From positions 1 through 64,000 of the forward strand of contig WJMO01000005.1 in assembly GCA_014727915.1 (NCBI GenBank): a stretch of 64,000 nt of DNA, written 5' to 3'. Source of the DNA: Candidatus Altiarchaeales archaeon (GTDB taxonomy: Archaea; Altiarchaeota; Altiarchaeia; IMC4; SCGC-AAA252-I15). Numbering within the stretch: the first letter of the stretch is position 1; each line of letters begins with the position of its first letter. Positions 9,153 to 19,032 of the stretch are shown in pieces. The position numbers were made by a program, and so were the translations under genes. A model generated the notes under the pieces. The model was not told where the DNA came from. It worked only from the letters and a program-made list of their open reading frames with translations, and made no database searches.

Positions 9153-9887
9153 TTGTTTCATATGCGTTTAATCTGCGTTTGCCTGCTGGTTTCATCCCTC
9201 GTTTCCGGGTGTCTCACCGTCCCCAAGGAAAATGTTGTCTGCAACACACCATACATCAGGTTCCAGGACGACTGCTGCCTTGACCGGAACGGGAACAGCA
9301 TATGCGACGCGGACGAGACCACCACAACACAGCCCAGGCCAACCACAACGACGGCCGCTCCAACCACGACCCTGCCCCCCACCACGACCACTTTACCGCC
9401 TACGACCACGACCCTGGCTCCCACCACCACTACTGTGCAGGCGACCACAACGACGGCCGCTCCAACCACGACCCTCCCCCAGCCGACGACCACCACCGAG
9501 CCTCCCGTATGCACTGAATCCGATGGCGGCATAGACGAGTGGGTGAAGGGCACCACAACACGCGGTATGGAGGCTGCAGTGGACAAGTGCGTCGGATCGG
9601 CGATACTCCACGAGTACTACTGCGGCGGTAACCGGATAGGGATGAAGCAGATAGACTGCACGACAGGCTGCGATGACGGGAGGTGCATAGGCTGCGAGGA
9701 CAGCGACGGCGGAGACAACCCCGAAGTCTACGGGGAGGTCAGGATGAGCAGCGAGTGGACTAAGGCAGACAAGTGCAGCAACATCGACGGGATAACGCTG
9801 CGGGAGTTCTTCTGCAAGTCTCACACTGAACTAGGTTACCGGGATGTGGTATGCCCCACATCATGCGCGGGCGACTACTGCCACTAG
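9153..9887 (+). CDS. Putative lipoprotein/surface protein with Cys-rich modules and Thr-rich stalk
   Basis: Lipobox-like LVSGC, CNTPY..CCLDRNGNSICD module, PTTTT stalk, two CxxSDGG...LxExxC repeats. Start may be ATG 9162. Confidence 0.75.
   Translation: MFHMRLICVCLLVSSLVSGCLTVPKENVVCNTPYIRFQDDCCLDRNGNSICDADETTTTQPRPTTTTAAPTTTLPPTTTTLPPTTTTLAPTTTTVQATTTTAAPTTTLPQPTTTTEPPVCTESDGGIDEWVKGTTTRGMEAAVDKCVGSAILHEYYCGGNRIGMKQIDCTTGCDDGRCIGCEDSDGGDNPEVYGEVRMSSEWTKADKCSNIDGITLREFFCKSHTELGYRDVVCPTSCAGDYCH
9342..9475 (+). repeat. Exact 32-bp direct repeat within Thr-rich stalk
   Basis: accacaacgacggccgctccaaccacgaccct at 9342-9373 and 9444-9475. Confidence 0.85.
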
Positions 9888-9888
9888 C

Positions 9889-10857
9889 TCAGAACCACTG
9901 GTTTAGCGATTGCTGGCTGTTCTCCTTGTAGGCTTTCTCCAGCTCCGAAGCCGCGCGTTTGACCCTATCAATGCTGAACTCGTGCCGGTTGGAGAGAAGC
10001 TCGACGAGGCCGTCTGTGTCGATGGCCTTCCAGCTTATCTCATAATCGTCGGTTGTAGGGTGCTCCAGGAATACCTCACGGACCTCCTCAAAGCCCACCT
10101 CATCCTCGAATTCCCCGACCCTACCCTCCAAAACAGCCTTCAAAGCCTTCTTGGGGCCTATCCCATGTATCCCCTCGTTGAAGTCCGTGCCCACAAGTAT
10201 GGCCAAGTCCACCAGCTGCTCCCTGCTGATGCCCAAACCCGCAAGCGCATCCTCCAATTCGATGAGTGAGAGCTCGAACTTCCCGCTCATCGTCAATCCC
10301 CGCACAATCCTCGGCGCGCCGAAGAGCAGGGCGTCATAGTCCTGGCTCCCGACAGCCCAGGCCTCACCGTCCAAGACCATCCTAGTGCACTGGGCCTCGC
10401 CCTCCGACGGCGCCTGAACATATGGGACTCCCATGCGGTCCAACAGTTCCTTGCTCTCGTCCAGCATCCCGTCGGTCAGCTTAGAAGTGCGCTTCGCATA
10501 CTTGAGAGCATCGTCGAAACGCCCTTCCTCCTTGGCTTTCGTCCATTCCCGCTCAGCCTCCCTCTTCCGCTCGCCCCTCGCCTTCAACGTCTTGTACTTG
10601 AGGTCTGGCGGTTTGCCGTCGAAGACGTAGATGGGCTTCACACCCAACCTCGCTAGGTTGGTGGTCCTGTAGAGCAGACCCGACAGGTGGGAGGTGACGT
10701 TACCCTGAGAGTCCATCAAAGGAGTTCCGTCATGCTGGCGGATGGAAGACAGGAACTGGTATATGGTGTTCAAAGCATCAACGGCTATGGTCTTCCCGGA
10801 CAGGTCGCCGTATCCTATCCTCTTCGAGGGGATTATGTCCTTCAGGTTAACGCCCAT
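9889..10857 (-). CDS. fen: Flap endonuclease 1
   Basis: MGV start, YQFLSSIR, APSEGEAQ, SQDYD, GTDFN, C-terminal PIP box QQSLNQWF. Confidence 0.97.
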   Translation of the reverse strand: MGVNLKDIIPSKRIGYGDLSGKTIAVDALNTIYQFLSSIRQHDGTPLMDSQGNVTSHLSGLLYRTTNLARLGVKPIYVFDGKPPDLKYKTLKARGERKREAEREWTKAKEEGRFDDALKYAKRTSKLTDGMLDESKELLDRMGVPYVQAPSEGEAQCTRMVLDGEAWAVGSQDYDALLFGAPRIVRGLTMSGKFELSLIELEDALAGLGISREQLVDLAILVGTDFNEGIHGIGPKKALKAVLEGRVGEFEDEVGFEEVREVFLEHPTTDDYEISWKAIDTDGLVELLSNRHEFSIDRVKRAASELEKAYKENSQQSLNQWF

Positions 10858-10861
10858 TTTC

Positions 10862-11743
10862 CTATTTGAAACCGTATAGCCTCCTGATCCACTCAGGAGC
10901 TATGACGTCCCTTATGATGATCGAGCCAGTGTGTATGTCGTCGTCGGAGCCTGAGATAACCACCTGGTTGTTATCAGCCACGTATATGCCGGAGCTGTTG
11001 GATTCCGTCAGCACGATCGCTGGCCCGATCCCCATGCAATCGTATGTCTCGTTGGTGCCGGTCCAGTTCTGCACCAGGTTGTGGAGGGGCTGAGTCCGGC
11101 ACTCCCCGCCGCTCTTTATGAAAGGGTATATGAAGAAGTCGTTGGCGTCCACGTCGCTCTGGTTCACCAGGCCGTCACCGTCCAAGTCCGCCTTCCTGCT
11201 CTGCACGAAGCTGAGGGCGCCCATGATCTCCGCGTACCCCCTGCCCCCTGCTGCTCCAACGTTCTCGTCCAATATGACGCTCATGCTCCCAGGCTCGCGG
11301 AAGAAGCTGTCCAAAAGCATGAAATTCGGGCATTCTATGCCGTCCCTGAGGCACGCGAACACATGGCACGCTTCCAGCAGCTCCTCCTCCGTCTTGCCCC
11401 TGATAACAGCGCTTTTGCCTCCGATGTACAGTCCGGTGCTGCCCTGCTCGATCTTTATCCGGTATCCCCTAATGTCCGGGTTGGATATGGCAGAAAGCTC
11501 GAACTTGCACGTCAGCTCCGCGGGCGTGACAGACTTGTTGTACAATGCGATGTGGGTCATGGACCTCAGCTTATCCAGCGGGATCTCCGAGACGACCTTA
11601 ACGCCGTACTCCACAGACTCATCGGTCGGCTTTGGCGTGAAATATGCGAGCGCGAAAAGTATCACAAGCAAGCCCGCTATTATCTTCACCAATGTGACTG
11701 CCTTACCCTCTGATCCCTCCTCGCCTGCTCCATCGGCGGCCAT
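10862..11743 (-). CDS. Hypothetical membrane-anchored protein
   Basis: N-terminal TM, DLDGDGLVNQSD Ca-binding-like loop, two similar G(L/I)Y...VI.G segments. Confidence 0.7.
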   Translation of the reverse strand: MAADGAGEEGSEGKAVTLVKIIAGLLVILFALAYFTPKPTDESVEYGVKVVSEIPLDKLRSMTHIALYNKSVTPAELTCKFELSAISNPDIRGYRIKIEQGSTGLYIGGKSAVIRGKTEEELLEACHVFACLRDGIECPNFMLLDSFFREPGSMSVILDENVGAAGGRGYAEIMGALSFVQSRKADLDGDGLVNQSDVDANDFFIYPFIKSGGECRTQPLHNLVQNWTGTNETYDCMGIGPAIVLTESNSSGIYVADNNQVVISGSDDDIHTGSIIIRDVIAPEWIRRLYGFK

Positions 11744-11773
11744 GGGTAATAATATGAAAGCTTATAATATAAC

Positions 11774-12349
11774 ATGAGCTTCGAAAGGCAGAAGAAAACC
11801 GCGTTGAACAACCTTGAAGCCTCCTTAAATGTCGGTGACGTGGACCCTGCTTTGAAGCCCCTATTGGAGGCTATCAACTCGTTCGACCGGTATTATAGCA
11901 CTTCCAGCTGCTCGGGCAGAGTTGCCTTGCTGCAGGACATAAAAGGCAAAGGAGAATGCAGATTCCTCGGCAAATGGCATCGTAGGGCGACTTCAGACGA
12001 GGTGCTTCGCGTTTTGAAGCCGTGTGACGGTGTGGTGTGGTTCAGGTATGAGTCTCCCATATTGCATGTGATAGCCAGGGACATAAAAGCCGCCTCAGAG
12101 TTGCTGAAAGCCTGCAGGTCAGCGGGTTTCAAGAGGTCTGGCATACAGTCCATGAAAGAGGAGAGGCTCATGGTGGAGGTGCTGAGCACTGAACGATTGG
12201 ACGCGCCGGTCATGGCTGACGGCATAACTCTGGTGTCGGATGAGTACATACGATATCTCGTAGGGCAGGCGAACCTGAAGTATGACCGGGGCAGTTCCAA
12301 ATTGGACAAGCTTCTTGAGTGTTTGAAATCCGTTCAGGCTGCCATCTGA
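11774..12349 (+). CDS. taw3: tRNA wybutosine-pathway methyltransferase TYW3/Taw3
   Basis: YSTSSCSGR, KWH, PILHV, GFKRSG, STERLDAP motifs. Confidence 0.92.
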   Translation: MSFERQKKTALNNLEASLNVGDVDPALKPLLEAINSFDRYYSTSSCSGRVALLQDIKGKGECRFLGKWHRRATSDEVLRVLKPCDGVVWFRYESPILHVIARDIKAASELLKACRSAGFKRSGIQSMKEERLMVEVLSTERLDAPVMADGITLVSDEYIRYLVGQANLKYDRGSSKLDKLLECLKSVQAAI

Positions 12350-13248
12350 TGTTCCGCGCCCTCGAAACGGCTGCCTGTCCTCCCGCCCCTGTCAGGGGGC
12401 CTGGGCTGCAGGTCGAAACCCTTCGCAACCCCATAGAGCACCCCCAGCAACAGCGCGGAGTCGACGCTCACCTTACGGTCCTTGACCAGCCTTGCGAGGT
12501 CGGGGCTGCCACGCACCTCCTCCATCAGCTCTTCAGCGTCATCGGGGTTTAATCCGAGATTGTGGGCAAGAGACGTGACCGCCAGGGAAACAGCCCTGTT
12601 GTCCTCCCGGTCGCCCATCCTCCTCTTTTCCATCCTCTCCCGGAGCCGGGTGTCATCCCGCTTCTGAGCCTTTTCCCTCGCCATCTTCCTGATCTTGTAG
12701 TCCATCAGGTAGAATGTGACATCCGCGGATAGCTTGAGAAGCTCCTCTATCCCGCTTCCCGTCCTAACGGCTTCCACCGCAGCCTCCTTTATCAGGTCCC
12801 TCTTCTCTTTGCTGCGTGTCACATGCCATAGGGCAGTAGCCTGCGCGAACTCGCTCTGGTCGTCTCCGAACTCCTTCTCCCGGAAGTTCTCAGCCTCTAT
12901 GTCCAACCCCCGGTGATACTGTTCAACCGCTTCGTTAACGTTTTTGGGATTCAGGGGCCCGCTCCTGGTCGCGACTTCGACCAGGTCCCCTATGAGGTCC
13001 CCGACGAACTCCCTCTGCTTGTCCTCCTTGAACAGGTTGTTCGTCATACGGAGCTTCCGGAGCGTCTGGCCTCTCCGCCGGTCGTCCATCAGACCCCATA
13101 CCTTCTGCGCCAAGCCCATGCGCTCCCTGTCCCAGCCCAGTAGGTGGAAGAACTCCTCAGAACCCTCCAAACCACCGTGCACCTGGGGCACCTTATCGCC
13201 CAAATCAACGTTAATGTCCCGTCCCCTGGCGGCAGTGGCGGTTTTCAT
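12334..13248 (-). CDS. Hypothetical charged helical protein
   Basis: 304-aa ORF with AT-rich upstream tract; no recognisable motif. Confidence 0.65.
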   Translation of the reverse strand: MKTATAARGRDINVDLGDKVPQVHGGLEGSEEFFHLLGWDRERMGLAQKVWGLMDDRRRGQTLRKLRMTNNLFKEDKQREFVGDLIGDLVEVATRSGPLNPKNVNEAVEQYHRGLDIEAENFREKEFGDDQSEFAQATALWHVTRSKEKRDLIKEAAVEAVRTGSGIEELLKLSADVTFYLMDYKIRKMAREKAQKRDDTRLRERMEKRRMGDREDNRAVSLAVTSLAHNLGLNPDDAEELMEEVRGSPDLARLVKDRKVSVDSALLLGVLYGVAKGFDLQPRPPDRGGRTGSRFEGAEHQMAA

Positions 13249-13380
13249 GATTATTTAAAAAATGGGCAGGATAGGTTTAAATAGCTGCTAAAAGCCCTTA
13301 TTTCATCACGTCATAGGAACCAAGTCATGCTTGAAAAACAGGTTAGGATTTAAAAGTGTTTAGGACCATAAATTGTAGCT

Positions 13381-14787
13381 ATGAATCCTGAGAACGTCCG
13401 CGAGGGGGTGTGGGAGTTCCGCGAGGAGGGGATGAACGTCCCCGCCAGGGTCATAGCCTCGGACAAGCTACTGCCAACCATCGAAGAAGGAGTGTTCAGG
13501 CAGATATCCAACGTAGCCAGACTCCCCGGAGTTAAGAACCCGGTTCTTGTGATGCCCGACGGCCACTTCGGATACGGGTTCCCCATAGGCGGCGTCGCCG
13601 CTTTCGACCTCGAGGAGGGGGTGATAAGCCCGGGCGGCGTCGGATACGACATAAACTGCGGAGTCCGGCTGATGTCCTCCAACCTAGTATGGGATGATGT
13701 GAAGGACAAGATTAAGGCACTCACCGACGACCTCTTCACATCCGTGCCATCCGGCCTTGGGAGCGAGAGCAGGCTCAGATACGGCAACAGGGAGCTGGAG
13801 GAAGTGTGTGTTGGAGGGGCGGGGTGGGCGGTCGAACAGGGGTTCGGCGTCGAGGAGGACCTCAACCACATCGAAGAGTCCGGCGCGATAGACGGGGCGG
13901 ACCCGTCGATGATAAGCGACCGAGCCAAGAAACGAGGGAGGCCACAGCTGGGAACCCTGGGCTCGGGAAACCACTTCCTCGAGATATCTAGGGTCGAGGA
14001 GATATTCGACGAGGGCATCGCAGGGAAGTTCGGGATAAGGGAGCCGGGCCAGGTGACAGTTATGGTCCACTGCGGTAGCAGGGGCCTCGGCTACCAGGTC
14101 GCCGACGAGTACATAAAGGTCATGTTAGACGCGTCTAGGAAGTACGGGATAGAACTCCCCGACAACGAGCTGGCGTGCGCTCCATTGGACAGCAGGGAGG
14201 CCGGGGATTATGTGAAGGCGATGTACTGTGCCGTGAACTATGCCTTCGCCAACCGCCAGTTCATAACCCACTGGGTCCGGGATGTCTTCAAAAAGCACAT
14301 CCCAGGCTCTGAATTGGGGCTTGTCTATGATGTCTGCCATAACATCGCCAAGTTCGAGGAGCACGGGGGCGAGGAGGTGTGCGTGCACCGCAAGGGCGCG
14401 ACCCGGGCTTTCGCAGCTGGCAGGACGGAACTGCCCTCAGACTACCGGGATGTCGGACAGCCGGTCCTAGTGCCGGGCGACATGGGAACCTCATCCTATG
14501 TGATGGTCGGCACCCAGACCGCGATGGAAGAGTCTTTCGGGTCAGTATGCCACGGCGCTGGCCGGGTGATGTCACGCTCCAAAGCCAAGAAGACTGTGAG
14601 AGGGGATGATGTCATGAAGGCTCTCGAGGCGGCTGGCGAGTGCGTCCGCTGCGCCAGCATGAGCGTATTAGCGGAAGAGCACAGCGAAGCCTACAAGGAC
14701 GTCACCGAAGTTGTGAAGAGCGTGGAACTCGCAGGACTCGGGAAGCTCGTCGCCAAGGTAGTGCCAATGGGAGTGGTAAAAGGATAG
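13381..14787 (+). CDS. rtcB: RNA-splicing ligase RtcB
   Basis: MPDGHFGYGFPIGG, GYDINCG, GNHFLE, HCGSRG, HRKGATRA, HGAGR; no intein. Confidence 0.97.
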   Translation: MNPENVREGVWEFREEGMNVPARVIASDKLLPTIEEGVFRQISNVARLPGVKNPVLVMPDGHFGYGFPIGGVAAFDLEEGVISPGGVGYDINCGVRLMSSNLVWDDVKDKIKALTDDLFTSVPSGLGSESRLRYGNRELEEVCVGGAGWAVEQGFGVEEDLNHIEESGAIDGADPSMISDRAKKRGRPQLGTLGSGNHFLEISRVEEIFDEGIAGKFGIREPGQVTVMVHCGSRGLGYQVADEYIKVMLDASRKYGIELPDNELACAPLDSREAGDYVKAMYCAVNYAFANRQFITHWVRDVFKKHIPGSELGLVYDVCHNIAKFEEHGGEEVCVHRKGATRAFAAGRTELPSDYRDVGQPVLVPGDMGTSSYVMVGTQTAMEESFGSVCHGAGRVMSRSKAKKTVRGDDVMKALEAAGECVRCASMSVLAEEHSEAYKDVTEVVKSVELAGLGKLVAKVVPMGVVKG

Positions 14788-14806
14788 GCAATCCTAGTTT
14801 GGGGTT

Positions 14807-15283
14807 TCAATCACGCTTCACATAATCCCCTGGCAGACCGAGTACCCTATAGGCTTCCTTCACATACGGCATGGCTTCGATCCCCTCCAGACTATCCGAG
14901 TCCTTGAGGAGCCTCTCATAAACGTCCAGAAGCCGAGCCATCTTGTCGCTCCCGAACACTTTGGGGCAGCGCAGGTCTACTGTCACCTCCTCACCGTCCT
15001 GGACTCCAAGGGCTTCCATATCCTGAACGCTTACTGTTGAGGCTTTCCTCCCATCGTCTCTGCTGAACCAGCCGATGATGCTGTAGTCCTCTCTAAGCCT
15101 GTTGGATAGGATCTGCACGGTCGAGGCAGGTCTAATGTGAAGCCCCTCTTTCTTCTCAAGTATGCAGCGGCGCTCGACAGGCGCAGTAAGATAACCTAAA
15201 TCGTCCGCCTCAACATCCTCTAGGGTGGGCAGGACTATCTTGGGCAGGTTTCCGGTACTCGCGCGCCTCCTCTGAGGGGTCAT
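14807..15283 (-). CDS. HPr-like phosphocarrier domain protein with extensions
   Basis: GLHIRPAS (HPr His15 motif) and ASTVSVQDMEALGVQDGEEVTV (Ser46 region). Confidence 0.65.
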   Translation of the reverse strand: MTPQRRRASTGNLPKIVLPTLEDVEADDLGYLTAPVERRCILEKKEGLHIRPASTVQILSNRLREDYSIIGWFSRDDGRKASTVSVQDMEALGVQDGEEVTVDLRCPKVFGSDKMARLLDVYERLLKDSDSLEGIEAMPYVKEAYRVLGLPGDYVKRD

Positions 15284-15351
15284 TTTCCTTCTGTGCTCCA
15301 GTAGGCTTTCATGCCGAAGCCCCGGTCACATTCGTTCGCTTACTTCGGCAT

Positions 15352-16380
15352 TCACTTCTCCTCTATGCTCTCGTCGACTTTCATGCCGAAGTGCCTTCCT
15401 CCTTCTTCCACGTGGGCCAGGAGCTTGTCGCCTTTCTTGACCTTGACCACAGATACTGCTTTGCCCTTCTCGTCTACTAGGTTGATGGTCTCAGCGTTCT
15501 GCAGGAGGCTCTTTATGACCTTACCCTCCTTCTCAGCTTCCACGAGTATGAGGGGGCGCTTCTCTATCTTCAACCTGCCGATTATCAGCGTTCGGGTGTT
15601 CCCGTCCTTGTTGACTGCGAGCACCTCATCCCCCGCCTTCAAGTCGCTGAGGTATTTGGTCTTACCCCCGGGGACCATGGTGTAGGCGTGCACGGGCCCC
15701 GCGTTCACCCGGAACGGCCTGCTCGCCACATACTCTGTCTCAAGGGTTTCGCTGTGGACGAGGAACAAACCGTTGCTCTGGCTGCCCACCAGCATCCCCT
15801 CCCCCAGGGCGAACATGCTCGCAGTGTCGACGCAGACCCGGTCTCCCATACCCACCTGCCTCACGTCAGTGACTGTGGCGGCCGACACCTCCACCTTCTC
15901 CTGGGATATGCTGTCGATGTAGTCCTTGATCCTGTTCAACGTCTTCCTGTCCGCTTCCACCAGCACGCCGTCGGCTCCCACCTCCAACGTCTCCAGCACG
16001 GTCTTCGCCTCCTCGAAGGAGTCCACCTCGACTATTATCCTGGCCTTCTCCTTCTGCAGTGCGGCGATGATGTTCTCCAAAGGTATGACCTTCCAGTCGG
16101 ACGCCCTGAAGACGACGTACTCGAAGGATTTCCCGGCTTTAACTACCTCCTGCTCGCTTTCCTTGTCCTTGATGACCGTGTAGGAGACGTCCTTGCCAAC
16201 TTTCAGGTCGGCCTTTTCACCGTCTGACACGACTCTGAGGCTGCCCAGCTGCCGTGTCTTATCCTCTTCGCCGGGGTTCACCCAGACGGTGCCGACACCG
16301 GATTCCAACGCGTTGGTGACCCGCTTCTTCCGGGTGTTCCAGTCGTCCTTGCCATCTGCCCTGACCCATAATTCCTTCAT
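15352..16380 (-). CDS. aroB': 3-dehydroquinate synthase II (archaeal AroB')
   Basis: DWKVIPLEN, GDRVCVDT, RPFRVNAG, LQNAETI, GRHFG. Confidence 0.95.
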   Translation of the reverse strand: MKELWVRADGKDDWNTRKKRVTNALESGVGTVWVNPGEEDKTRQLGSLRVVSDGEKADLKVGKDVSYTVIKDKESEQEVVKAGKSFEYVVFRASDWKVIPLENIIAALQKEKARIIVEVDSFEEAKTVLETLEVGADGVLVEADRKTLNRIKDYIDSISQEKVEVSAATVTDVRQVGMGDRVCVDTASMFALGEGMLVGSQSNGLFLVHSETLETEYVASRPFRVNAGPVHAYTMVPGGKTKYLSDLKAGDEVLAVNKDGNTRTLIIGRLKIEKRPLILVEAEKEGKVIKSLLQNAETINLVDEKGKAVSVVKVKKGDKLLAHVEEGGRHFGMKVDESIEEK

Positions 16381-17096
16381 TGGTCGTCACCCCCCAGGGC
16401 GAAGGAGGTGGCGTCCGGCTGGAGGATTATGCCGCCCGTCTTAATGGCGAAGGGGTGTATCTTAAGCGAGTGGTCCACGCCCCTCATCTTGCTGATGGTC
16501 AGGCAGCGCTCGAATGCGGACTTCAGCCTGGGTTTGAACAGGAATATGATGCCGTTGAACAGGTAGTCTGTGTGGGTGTATTCGACGTTGTCCACGCTGG
16601 TGGTATTCCTCTCTGATGTGACGAGCAATGTGACGTTCAACTCCCTCATCCTGACCATGAACTTCAGCAGGTTAGACCTGAGCGACATGGGATTGTCCTG
16701 GTGCATGTACTTGAACAGCGTCAGCGAGTCCAAGACCATCCTCTTTATGCCCTTCTCCTCCACCATCTTGCTGATGAACTCAGCGGACAGGACGGAACCC
16801 TTGAGTATCGGCTGCTCTAATAGGGTTACCAGCCCGTTCTCCTCAAGGTCTGAGAAGTCCATTCCCAGGCTGTTGGCGTAGTCTCTCATGTCCGACGCGT
16901 GCTCTTCGACTGTTATGTAGATGCCAGGCTCATTGTACTGTCGAGCTCCCTCGATTATGTACTGAAGGCACAATACCGACTTTCCCGTCCCCGGAGCCCC
17001 TGTTATCAGGCAGGAGCTTGAGGGCTTAAGACCACCGCCCAATATCCTGTCCAATCCCTTTATACCTGTTGGTATGGAATCCGCCATTTTACCCAC
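16377..17096 (-). CDS. KaiC/RAD55-like single-domain ATPase
   Basis: TGIKGLD, GAPGTGKS, EE, LDS, KMRG motifs. Confidence 0.88.
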   Translation of the reverse strand: MGKMADSIPTGIKGLDRILGGGLKPSSSCLITGAPGTGKSVLCLQYIIEGARQYNEPGIYITVEEHASDMRDYANSLGMDFSDLEENGLVTLLEQPILKGSVLSAEFISKMVEEKGIKRMVLDSLTLFKYMHQDNPMSLRSNLLKFMVRMRELNVTLLVTSERNTTSVDNVEYTHTDYLFNGIIFLFKPRLKSAFERCLTISKMRGVDHSLKIHPFAIKTGGIILQPDATSFALGGDDQ

Positions 17097-17127
17097 CTAA
17101 TTAATATGAAATCTCTTTTTATTTATT

Positions 17128-17505
17128 ATGTCCAAACTTAAAAGGTTGCTGTTCGGCTCTGAAGACGGGGAATACAAGCAGGTGATAGCCGTGAGGGCCG
17201 ATTTGAAGATGGGAAAGGGGAAATTAGCGGCTCAGGTCGCTCACGCAGCCGTTGAAGCGGCGGACAAGAGCAGGCACAAGAGCCAGTGGAAGGATGAGGG
17301 CCAGAGGAAGGTAGTCGTCAAAGTCTCAGGAGAGAAGGAGTTGCTTAGGGTCCTGGCGGAGGCCAGGGACTATGGTCTGCCAACGTCGCTTATAGAGGAT
17401 GCGGGGCACACGCAGCTGGAGCCAGGGACCAAGACGGCAGTGGGGGTCGGCCCAGCCCCGGAAGACGACGTGGACAAGATAACAGGCAAGCTGAAGTTGA
17501 TGTAG
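17128..17505 (+). CDS. pth2: Peptidyl-tRNA hydrolase Pth2
   Basis: KMGKGKLAAQVAHAA, GQRKVVVK, DAGHTQLEPGT. Confidence 0.96.
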   Translation: MSKLKRLLFGSEDGEYKQVIAVRADLKMGKGKLAAQVAHAAVEAADKSRHKSQWKDEGQRKVVVKVSGEKELLRVLAEARDYGLPTSLIEDAGHTQLEPGTKTAVGVGPAPEDDVDKITGKLKLM

Positions 17506-17506
17506 G

Positions 17507-18940
17507 ATGAGCGAGGCGGCGATTTCACTTAAGGACGATCCAACGGAGGTTGTGACGCGGTTCGCGCCCAACCCCAACGGGCCTCTCACGGTAGGTCACG
17601 TGCGGGGCGTGGTCGTGAACTACCATCTAACCAGGAAGTACGGGGGGCGGTTCATACTCCGATATGATGACACGGACCCGCGGACTAAGAAGCCGTTGAA
17701 GGAAGCCTACAAGTGGATAGTCGAAGACTGCGAGTGGCTTGGCTGCCCACCGGACGAGGTCGTCACCGCATCGGAGAACATGTTATCATACTATGAGATG
17801 GCCGAGAAGGTCCTGGAGTCAGGTGACGCTTATGTCTGCACATGCGAGCAGAGGGCGTTCAAGACCATGAAAGACCAGGGCATAGCATGCCAGTGCAGGG
17901 ATCTGGACGTCGAGGAGAACATGAGCCGTTGGAAGAGGATGTTCGATGACTTCCCGGAGGGCGGGGCGGTGCTCCGCGTGAAGACCGACATCAAACACCC
18001 CGACCCCGCGCTGAGGGACTGGGTGGGCTTCAGGATAGTCGACGAACCCCACCCGTTGACCGGCGACGAGTACAGGGTGTGGCCGCTCCTTGACTTTGAG
18101 AGCGCAGTCGAAGACCACGCCCGCGGAGTGACCCACATAATACGGGGGAAGGACCTGATGGACTCCGGGCTCAAGCAGAAGTACCTATACAAGCACCTGG
18201 GCTGGGACTATCCCGAGGTGATACTATGGGGTCGGATAAGGATCGAGGGCGTCGGAAAGTTCAGCAGCAGCAGGATGAGCGAGGAAATCGCCTCGGGCAA
18301 GTACGCCGGATGGGACGACCCTGCCCTGCCCACGCTGAGGGCGTTGAAGCGGAGGGGCATATCAGCCAAGACTTTGAGGGATTTCATGCTCTCCCTGGGC
18401 TTGCACGAGTCGGCGGTGAAGATCAGCATGGAGAACATCTACGCCGAAAACAGGAAGAACCTGGATGAGGCCACCAACCGCTATTTCTTCATCCCCGACC
18501 CTGTGAAGCTCTTCGTCGAGGGGATTCCCGGGAAGACGGTTAGGATGCCATTGCACCCCGGCTTCAAGCAGCGGGGCACCCGGGACTGGTGCATGCAGGA
18601 CGGCACATGCCTATACATCCCAGGGAAGGACGCGAAACTTTCCAAGGACGAGATTGTGAAGCTCATGGGCCTGCCATGCATAGCGGTTGATTCAGTAGGC
18701 GACGACGGTGTGAGGGCACATTATATGCCCGGCCAGCATAAGAAGACCCGGAAGATACAGTGCGTCCAAGACTTTATCGAATGCACCATACTGAAACCGG
18801 ACGGCGTGGACGAAGGATACTGCGAGCCGGAGGTTGAAAACCTCCAAGCAGGCACAATAGTCCAGTTCGAACGCTACGGATTCTGCAGGCTCGACAGCAA
18901 GGAAGGAGAACGCCTGACATTCGTCTACGGGCACAAGTGA
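17507..18940 (+). CDS. gltX: Glutamate--tRNA ligase (archaeal type)
   Basis: RFAPNPNGPLTVGH (HIGH), DDTDP, THIIRGKD, KFSSS (KMSKS), QFERYGF. Confidence 0.93.
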   Translation: MSEAAISLKDDPTEVVTRFAPNPNGPLTVGHVRGVVVNYHLTRKYGGRFILRYDDTDPRTKKPLKEAYKWIVEDCEWLGCPPDEVVTASENMLSYYEMAEKVLESGDAYVCTCEQRAFKTMKDQGIACQCRDLDVEENMSRWKRMFDDFPEGGAVLRVKTDIKHPDPALRDWVGFRIVDEPHPLTGDEYRVWPLLDFESAVEDHARGVTHIIRGKDLMDSGLKQKYLYKHLGWDYPEVILWGRIRIEGVGKFSSSRMSEEIASGKYAGWDDPALPTLRALKRRGISAKTLRDFMLSLGLHESAVKISMENIYAENRKNLDEATNRYFFIPDPVKLFVEGIPGKTVRMPLHPGFKQRGTRDWCMQDGTCLYIPGKDAKLSKDEIVKLMGLPCIAVDSVGDDGVRAHYMPGQHKKTRKIQCVQDFIECTILKPDGVDEGYCEPEVENLQAGTIVQFERYGFCRLDSKEGERLTFVYGHK

Positions 18941-19032
18941 AAGGACTACAAATAATTCAAAGAAAAACCAAAACAATTCAAACAAAAATCTGAAATATTT
19001 AAAAAAACATCCAAGATTGTCTTTTGACCGTG

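Noticed and set aside
16377-17096. Circadian clock KaiC
   Set aside because: Single domain with no kaiA/kaiB; a common archaeal RAD55/KaiC-like ATPase. It is also not VirB4-like.
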